DNA of 64,000 nucleotides, taken from positions 21,442-85,441 of the forward strand of contig JBGAKR010000005.1 of assembly GCA_044224315.1 (NCBI GenBank), read 5' to 3'. Positions 57,913 to 64,000 of this stretch are shown here, one piece after another; the stretch's first letter is position 1, and the number at the start of each line of letters is the position of its first letter. The notes below the pieces were generated by a model. That model did no database searches. It saw nothing but the letters and a program-made list of their open reading frames with translations, and had not been told where the DNA came from. The position numbers and the translations under genes were made by a program. The stretch is from Bacteroidia bacterium. GTDB lineage: Bacteria; Bacteroidota; Bacteroidia; NS11-12g; UBA955.

Positions 57913-60900
57913 TTATTCAAATTTACCCAGGAATCTATCTACCTGCCGCTGTGTAGCCATTCTTACATAAAAATCATCTACACCAATTTTATCGGCAGTT
58001 GCAGTGATTATCTCATTTAACTTAGGATCGCTGGAAAACATGTATACCACATTTTTTTGAAGGTTGATATACAACCAATCGTTATTGGCAAATTCGAGGT
58101 ATATATACATGTTTTCTCCGCTGCGCTTATGCTCCATCAGCATGGTTACATCAATGGTGCGGTTCACCGGAGAACCTGCAAAGGATGCCATAGATACCTG
58201 GTCATTGCAATACATACCTTTCAAGCGGCTATCCCAGCGGAAAGTTGCATCACTTAAAATAATTTTATATTCAGCTTCATCTTTACCAGAAATCTGGCCT
58301 GTTTTTTCAATATTTTTTATAATGGTTCTCGCGGTTTTATCATCCGCAACCATCTCTCCTATTGCCTTTTTAAAGAAGTCGTTGTTTAGCGAAACCATAC
58401 CTGCAGGGCCCAGCTTTTCTTTAATTTTTGCTACAACATCTTTATGCATGGGGAAGTCGAGCATCATAGCCAAATTGAAATTAAATGTGCTGTCTTTTTC
58501 GAGCAAATCTGCTGTACCCGCGTTTTTAAATTTCACATGCTGGGTTTCCAAACCAAAATCCAGAGGGCCTTCGGCATGGATGGTGTGGTTAGATTCGTTG
58601 AGCTGCATGTAACTGCCTTTGAGGGCGCCATTCAATAGCAAATCTCTATTTCCGGCAAAGAAACTTTGTTTGGTGTGATCGTAATACAAGATACCTGTGT
58701 CGTTGGTTACATCGGGGTCGCTTGTCCGTCGTTTCCAACCGTAAAACATGGGGTAAATGTGGCTTGAGTCGTTGGCCATAAATAAACCCACATATTGCGG
58801 ACGATTGTCTTTATCGCGCGGATTACTCATGTTGATAATCACATTTTTGGGATCTACACGGTCGTTAAATCTGATCCAAGCGGCGGGTACTATATTGGTA
58901 AAGGTATGCAAGGGTTTTACATACCCTTTAAATTGGAGATATTTTTCAGTACTCAGCACTTGTGCATAGCCTTTGTAACCAATTTTGGTATCGATGAGGA
59001 AGCCGGCAGTGTCACCAATTTTACCCCAACCTTCCACATGTTTTTCGCGGTTTACAATAATACTATCGAGTTTAAATTCTTCGCGTTTGCCATCTTTAAT
59101 TACATATTGGTATCGCCCGTTTCCGGTCATTCTCAATCTTCCGTAAATTTTAGCCTGGGTATTATAAATATCGTGAAATTTATCTATGCGATTGGCCATA
59201 ATTTTGGCAGAATCCACCACATCCATATTCGCGTTTTCACGCACGGTTACTTTGCCATCTTTCAGGAAAACCCTAGAGTCGGCAATATCTATATACGGTA
59301 TTTGGGAAATTTTAAGTGTATAATCATTGAGGTTATACAAGCCCGATTTACCCTCAAACCTCAGACTATCCTGGGTAGGATTTGTACTTAAGAAAAAGGG
59401 CACACTGCCTGCCATAGCGGGGCCGGGTTTTGCCTCAATGGTTTTCTTATCCATGTTCCATTTATAATCATTGAGGTTGGTAACATACATATTAAACGGA
59501 AACTTGGTGAGTGCATCCTTTTCGTTGGTAGTAAAGGCACCCATGCGGGTTGTAAAATCCATAGTACCCTTAATATTTCCGGTTTCAAATGCAATTTTTG
59601 TACTGTCTGATGCAAATATTTTAAGTGAGGCTTTGTCGGCAGAAGCTTTCATGGGCCCCAGGGTCATATCATTAGAGGCAAATCGAGCTTGATCCCAGGC
59701 AAGGGTACCATCACCTGCCAGGCGGCTGGGAGATTGGGTAAGATTGCCATAAAAATCATATCCCATTTTAAATACTTTAATTGCAGATGGTCCTTGTTTT
59801 ACCTGAAATTTATCTTGGTAAGGACTCCACTCTACATCAGGGCTGGCCGCATATACCTGCGGATATGTAGCTCCTTGTGGTATTTCGTAACTATCTGCAG
59901 TGCCCACAGCCTTGTCGGGCAATAACAATATTTTTTTGAAGTTGGTGGTACTTCCGTTGTAATCGATTTTACCACTTTGGCCATAAAATCCTTGTTCGCT
60001 AAGGTTCATCACCATTTCGCCATGCCCTTTGCCGCGGTACATAGGATAACCGCCCGGGGGGGTGGGTTTAATAAACCCTAAGGAATAATCTTTCTGAATG
60101 GAAACATGGTATTTAAATTCAGGGAAAATTCCGTCGCTTAAAAATGTGCCATCAAATTGCAAACCCTCAATGGTAAAATTATCCAAACTATCAATGGTAA
60201 ACGGATCTACCAGGAATTTGAATTTATCGCTTTTGTAAGCACCATTATGAATAAAGGGTTTATCATATAAAACCTCCGACCCTTTGCTCGATTTAAAAAT
60301 CGGATATTCGGGATAATTTACTACCCCGGATTTGTTATTGGGTTTATCAATATATAGAGTACCGTAAATATTTCTGAGTACAGATTTTACCGGAATAATC
60401 TGGCGCCCGGTTGAGTCGGGATAATACAAACGCATGGAATCGATATTGGAATAATCGATCATAAAATTGGCATAATTAAATTCGAATTTTTTACCAAAAA
60501 AATCAAACCTACCTGCGCGAATCATACCTCCGAAAGCCACGCGCCTGTTCTTTTTCAAAATAATCTGTTGGTCGGTAGGCACTACAATTACGTTTTGTGA
60601 ATCGGAGAAAAAGAATTTCAAAACCCCTTCCACTGTCATTTCATTGCTCAATAAATTAAGGGTAGCATTGCTGCGTTTGGCAATCAAAGACGAGAAACGG
60701 ATTACATCGTAATCGCGGTGACCCTGGTGCGCAATTACATAATTGAACAATTTGGGTTTAATTAACACACTATCCTGATCCTGGTAATAATTTACAAAAC
60801 CACCGTCATGCAAATCGATAAATGAGGTTACCAAATATTGTGATTGGGTTTTCATAAATGCAGCATAATCTTTAACTGCAAATTTCAATTGTTTCGTAGG

Positions 60901-62286
60901 TCGCAAAAATCGGCTGTAGTACGACATTACTGCTTCCAGGGGATTATAAGCCAACGGACCTTGCAAACGGGCATAAATTATTTCGCGGAAAAAATCTTCC
61001 GATGCAATTTTGGCTTCCTGGTCATTATTTACATTATCAAAATCTATAAAGGGTTCGTCAATTTTCCAGCGCAACTGCTGCACATCCAAATCCACCCTGT
61101 GGTATTCATCTGTAAACGGTACACGCATCAAACCTTTTTCGCCCCGATTTACCACCAGTTTATTTTCTTTAAAAATAAAATTCACCGATACTTTAGGATG
61201 GTAAATATTGGCACTGTCTAAATAAAGCACGAATGAAGCTTCCTGGCTGGCTGCAACTCCGTTTGATATTTTAAATGCTCGACTTTTTAATGTTGCTTTC
61301 TTTTTGCCTTTATAATAAATATTAATTTCGGTTTCGTCGCCGGTAGCGGTTTGAGTATTGATCTCGCTTCCCACAATCGAAAATCCACCTTTAAATGTAG
61401 CATTCTCGCCCACAATGCCTTTAATTTCAAGGGTATTGGCGAATGATTTAAATTTGGGAAAATCTGATTTTAAAATAGAAGGACTGTCGTTTGCAAATGA
61501 CAATCGGTCTTCAAATTTACCCGGAATTTTACTTCCGAAATATTTGGTAAAAGTGAGTTGTGCTGTGTCTATGGAGTAGTTGGCTTGTTCGAGGTGAAGC
61601 TTATAATTTTTAAATTCAACCTCTACTTTACCTTCTTTAATTACCCTGTCAAAATTTGCTTTTCCGCTGTTTCCGATCCACACTTTTTCTGCAGGGATGT
61701 AATAGCCCGATGTTTGGTAAATCTGCATCCTATCAAGCGGGCCTTGACAGGTTAAGGTAAGTGCAGAAAACTTAACAATTATCTGTCCTTTGCTATAGAG
61801 GATATCGAAATTTGAATTATCGGCCACCCATTTTTTTCCTTCATCTGAAAAAATTGCATTCTCTGCAAACAATTTCGAGGTCATTTCAAGAAATGAGAGG
61901 TAATCTGTATTGCTTTCACCCAGCAATGATTCGGTTACTTTTTGCCATTGCTGCAGGTTTTTATCCGGTAATTTTTTTTCCAGAAACGCGGCCAATGATT
62001 TCAGCATCAATCCGAAATAGGGTTGCACGGTCATTTTTTCGAGCAGCATCCCGTTACAAATCTGTATTACAGACTTTTGTTGTATGGGCGAGAACTTACC
62101 CAGGTTCCAGTTTTGTTTAAAGATTTTCATGTCTTCAACCAGTTTTTTATCATTGGCCGAATTGAGAAAAGTTTCAAACTCCGTAATAAAAACAGCGGGG
62201 TCTGTACTAAAACTTTTAACCTGTGAGAATGCTTTCCCGCAGAACAGGAATGCAATAAAGATTGCTATGAATTTAAAAGGTCGCAT
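57913..62286 (-). CDS. Very large (1457 aa) secreted or envelope hypothetical protein; possibly AsmA/TamB-like, family not recognised.
   Basis: Single uninterrupted ORF. N-terminal signal/anchor MRPFKFIAIFIAFLFCGKAFSQ. The rest appears beta-rich with no recognisable catalytic motif. Confidence 0.55.
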   Translation of the reverse strand: MRPFKFIAIFIAFLFCGKAFSQVKSFSTDPAVFITEFETFLNSANDKKLVEDMKIFKQNWNLGKFSPIQQKSVIQICNGMLLEKMTVQPYFGLMLKSLAAFLEKKLPDKNLQQWQKVTESLLGESNTDYLSFLEMTSKLFAENAIFSDEGKKWVADNSNFDILYSKGQIIVKFSALTLTCQGPLDRMQIYQTSGYYIPAEKVWIGNSGKANFDRVIKEGKVEVEFKNYKLHLEQANYSIDTAQLTFTKYFGSKIPGKFEDRLSFANDSPSILKSDFPKFKSFANTLEIKGIVGENATFKGGFSIVGSEINTQTATGDETEINIYYKGKKKATLKSRAFKISNGVAASQEASFVLYLDSANIYHPKVSVNFIFKENKLVVNRGEKGLMRVPFTDEYHRVDLDVQQLRWKIDEPFIDFDNVNNDQEAKIASEDFFREIIYARLQGPLAYNPLEAVMSYYSRFLRPTKQLKFAVKDYAAFMKTQSQYLVTSFIDLHDGGFVNYYQDQDSVLIKPKLFNYVIAHQGHRDYDVIRFSSLIAKRSNATLNLLSNEMTVEGVLKFFFSDSQNVIVVPTDQQIILKKNRRVAFGGMIRAGRFDFFGKKFEFNYANFMIDYSNIDSMRLYYPDSTGRQIIPVKSVLRNIYGTLYIDKPNNKSGVVNYPEYPIFKSSKGSEVLYDKPFIHNGAYKSDKFKFLVDPFTIDSLDNFTIEGLQFDGTFLSDGIFPEFKYHVSIQKDYSLGFIKPTPPGGYPMYRGKGHGEMVMNLSEQGFYGQSGKIDYNGSTTNFKKILLLPDKAVGTADSYEIPQGATYPQVYAASPDVEWSPYQDKFQVKQGPSAIKVFKMGYDFYGNLTQSPSRLAGDGTLAWDQARFASNDMTLGPMKASADKASLKIFASDSTKIAFETGNIKGTMDFTTRMGAFTTNEKDALTKFPFNMYVTNLNDYKWNMDKKTIEAKPGPAMAGSVPFFLSTNPTQDSLRFEGKSGLYNLNDYTLKISQIPYIDIADSRVFLKDGKVTVRENANMDVVDSAKIMANRIDKFHDIYNTQAKIYGRLRMTGNGRYQYVIKDGKREEFKLDSIIVNREKHVEGWGKIGDTAGFLIDTKIGYKGYAQVLSTEKYLQFKGYVKPLHTFTNIVPAAWIRFNDRVDPKNVIINMSNPRDKDNRPQYVGLFMANDSSHIYPMFYGWKRRTSDPDVTNDTGILYYDHTKQSFFAGNRDLLLNGALKGSYMQLNESNHTIHAEGPLDFGLETQHVKFKNAGTADLLEKDSTFNFNLAMMLDFPMHKDVVAKIKEKLGPAGMVSLNNDFFKKAIGEMVADDKTARTIIKNIEKTGQISGKDEAEYKIILSDATFRWDSRLKGMYCNDQVSMASFAGSPVNRTIDVTMLMEHKRSGENMYIYLEFANNDWLYINLQKNVVYMFSSDPKLNEIITATADKIGVDDFYVRMATQRQVDRFLGKFE

Positions 62287-62356
62287 TGGCGGATTATAGA
62301 AAACGAAATATGTCTATTGCTTATTGTGGTATAAAAACCATACCAAACAATAGTTA

Positions 62357-63121
62357 TCAACGTGCAGTAGAAACAATATCTACAAAATCGCGGGCTTTCA
62401 GGGCGGCTCCGCCAATCAGTCCACCGTCGATATCCGCCTGGCCGAAAAGGGTTTGGGCGTTATCAGGTTTTACGCTACCACCATACAGAATGCTGGTTTC
62501 TGCTGCAATTTCTTCGGTATAGTGCATGCCTATTACTTTGCGTATGTATGCATGCATTTCCTGTGCCTGTTCGGGAGAAGCAGTAAGGCCTGTTCCAATT
62601 GCCCAAACGGGTTCGTATGCTACAACTACATGGCTGAATTCTTTGCGGTCTAAACCAAACAAACCTTCCTGCAATTGGGCTTCAACCACACGGAAATAGC
62701 TCTTATCTTCGCGCTGGGCAAGGGTTTCGCCTACACAAAAAATCACATTTAAACCGTGGCGGATGGCGTTTTTAGCTTTTACTGCAGTAATTTCATTGGT
62801 ATCACCAAAATATTGGCGGCGTTCGCTGTGTCCTATAATTACGTATTGGGCTCCTGTACTTTTTACCATGGAGGCCGATATTTCACCGGTAAAGGCGCCT
62901 TGGTCTTCCTGGTGGCAATTTTGGGCTCCCAGCAAAATGCCGGTACCTTCAAGTAAGCGGGTAGCTGCGGTAAGCGAAATAAATGGCGGGCAAAGTATCA
63001 CTTTGGTATTTGAACGAATCTCATCGCGAACAATTCCACGAATTTCAGTAATAAGGGCCTGGCTCTCTTCCAGGGTTTTGTGCATTTTCCAGTTTCCTGC
63101 AACAATTTTATGTCTAGTCAT
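62357..63121 (-). CDS. tpiA: Triosephosphate isomerase.
   Basis: MTRHKIVAGNWKMHKT... Active-site region AYEPVWAIGTG and IIGHSERR. Confidence 0.95.
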   Translation of the reverse strand: MTRHKIVAGNWKMHKTLEESQALITEIRGIVRDEIRSNTKVILCPPFISLTAATRLLEGTGILLGAQNCHQEDQGAFTGEISASMVKSTGAQYVIIGHSERRQYFGDTNEITAVKAKNAIRHGLNVIFCVGETLAQREDKSYFRVVEAQLQEGLFGLDRKEFSHVVVAYEPVWAIGTGLTASPEQAQEMHAYIRKVIGMHYTEEIAAETSILYGGSVKPDNAQTLFGQADIDGGLIGGAALKARDFVDIVSTAR

Positions 63122-63233
63122 GTTTTACAATGGTTTGCCTCTTGGGCTTTGAAGCCGCAAAATTCGGAAATTGAAAGGGTAAATTGGTAATAAAATATCA
63201 ACGTATTGAGAACAGAAAAAATCCGGCAGAGAT

Positions 63234-63935
63234 TTACGACATCGGCCGTTGATCTAAAATTTCATTAATCCATGAAAGTGCAATTTCATTTTGCTCGGCA
63301 ATGCTTAGTTCGGAATTATCCAACACATGGTATTCATGGGTTAAATGCAGGGGCGAATCCTCGCGTGAGGAATCAATCCGGTCTCTTTCTACCAGATTTT
63401 GCCATACATCCTCGTAGGTAGTTTTTACGCCAGCAGCGGTCAGTTCCGCAAATCGGCGTTTTGCCCGCACTTCGGCGCTTGCGGTCATAAAAATTTTTAA
63501 TTCGGCATCCGGAAAAACTACGGTACCAATATCGCGCCCATCCATAACCACTCCTTTATCTTTACCCAAAGCGCGTTGTAAGCCCACCAAGTAACGGCGT
63601 ACGGCCGGTATTTTGGCTACATCACTTACTCTGCCAGCCACATCCATGTTTCGAATCAGGCTTTCTACATTTTCACCATTCAAAACCGCATCATTTCGGC
63701 GTGTATGCTCGTTCCATTGAAAACCGATATGAATTTGCGGCAAAGCATCTTCAACCAATTGCGCATTGTTAATATCCACTCCGTTTTGCAAAAGGTATAA
63801 AGTCACGGCCCTGTACATAGAGCCAGTATCCACAAATAAATAACCCAGATGATTGGCTAAAAAACGGGCTAAAGTGCCTTTGCCACAACTGCTGTGGCCA
63901 TCGATGGCTATGTTTATTTTATTATTTGCTGGCAC
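63234..63935 (-). CDS. cmk: Cytidylate kinase.
   Basis: P-loop IAIDGHSSCGKGT. 233 aa. Typical CMP kinase. Confidence 0.9.
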   Translation of the reverse strand: MPANNKINIAIDGHSSCGKGTLARFLANHLGYLFVDTGSMYRAVTLYLLQNGVDINNAQLVEDALPQIHIGFQWNEHTRRNDAVLNGENVESLIRNMDVAGRVSDVAKIPAVRRYLVGLQRALGKDKGVVMDGRDIGTVVFPDAELKIFMTASAEVRAKRRFAELTAAGVKTTYEDVWQNLVERDRIDSSREDSPLHLTHEYHVLDNSELSIAEQNEIALSWINEILDQRPMS

Positions 63936-64000
63936 CGGGTTGCGAAGATGCAGATTTCTTTTTAAAATCGGCTAATCCGGCGGTAAAAGTGAAAAGATTG

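Noticed and set aside
1-64000. Checked for a CRISPR array, rRNA/tRNA genes and IS/transposase/integrase genes.
   Set aside because: No regularly spaced direct repeats were seen, no cloverleaf-like or rRNA-like non-coding stretches, and no transposase or integrase-like ORFs. Intergenic regions are short and accounted for by promoters and terminators.

Overview
This 64 kb window looks like a chromosomal segment from a Bacteroidota genome (Chitinophagaceae/Sphingobacteriia-like). Evidence: four proteins ending in T9SS C-terminal sorting domains, DUF1573 and DUF4382 proteins, and a TAnnTTTG-type -7 promoter box. No rRNA, tRNA, CRISPR array or obvious mobile element was recognised.

The core of the window is housekeeping:
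- secA at 7186-10521 (+).
- One uninterrupted minus-strand ribosomal super-operon from rpsL (38982) to rplQ (21967). Its order is rpsL-rpsG-fusA-rpsJ-rplC-rplD-rplW-rplB-rpsS-rplV-rpsC-rplP-rpmC-rpsQ-rplN-rplX-rplE-rpsN-rpsH-rplF-rplR-rpsE-rpmD-rplO-secY-infA-rpmJ-rpsM-rpsK-rpsD-rpoA-rplQ.
- No map gene lies between secY and infA. rpmJ (L36) is missing from the ORF track and was found by manual translation.
- Further genes: thiolase, truA, tpiA, cmk, trxA, a YebC-family regulator and two TonB-dependent receptors.

Accessory content worth a second look:
1. A sigma54-type two-component locus (hybrid histidine kinase plus NtrC-like response regulator with a GAFTGA motif). It is bracketed by two paralogous DUF4382-like proteins and outer-membrane beta-barrel proteins. 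A recurring palindrome ATTT(T)CTCA-N3-TGAGAAAA(T) sits at both ends of the unit.
2. A candidate sulfur-oxidation module: a persulfide-dioxygenase/double-rhodanese fusion, a TAT-signal SoxB-like metallophosphoesterase, and a diheme c-type cytochrome (SoxA/TsdA-like). The cytochrome stop overlaps the SoxB-like start (ATGA), indicating translational coupling.
3. An M43 T9SS metalloprotease bracketed by two mutually paralogous small secreted proteins of unknown family. Next to them are two tandem paralogous 304-aa outer-membrane proteins.
4. A small acidic protein divergent from secA. Its N-terminus (SIKKLFGGNK) mirrors the SecA N-terminus (SISKAFGGNK), with an identical 14-nt coding string in both genes.
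5. A rhodanese-rhodanese-DUF2892-thioredoxin cassette.

Gene starts were refined to the first in-frame ATG where the track's first codon was TTG or GTG. These refined starts remain inferences.
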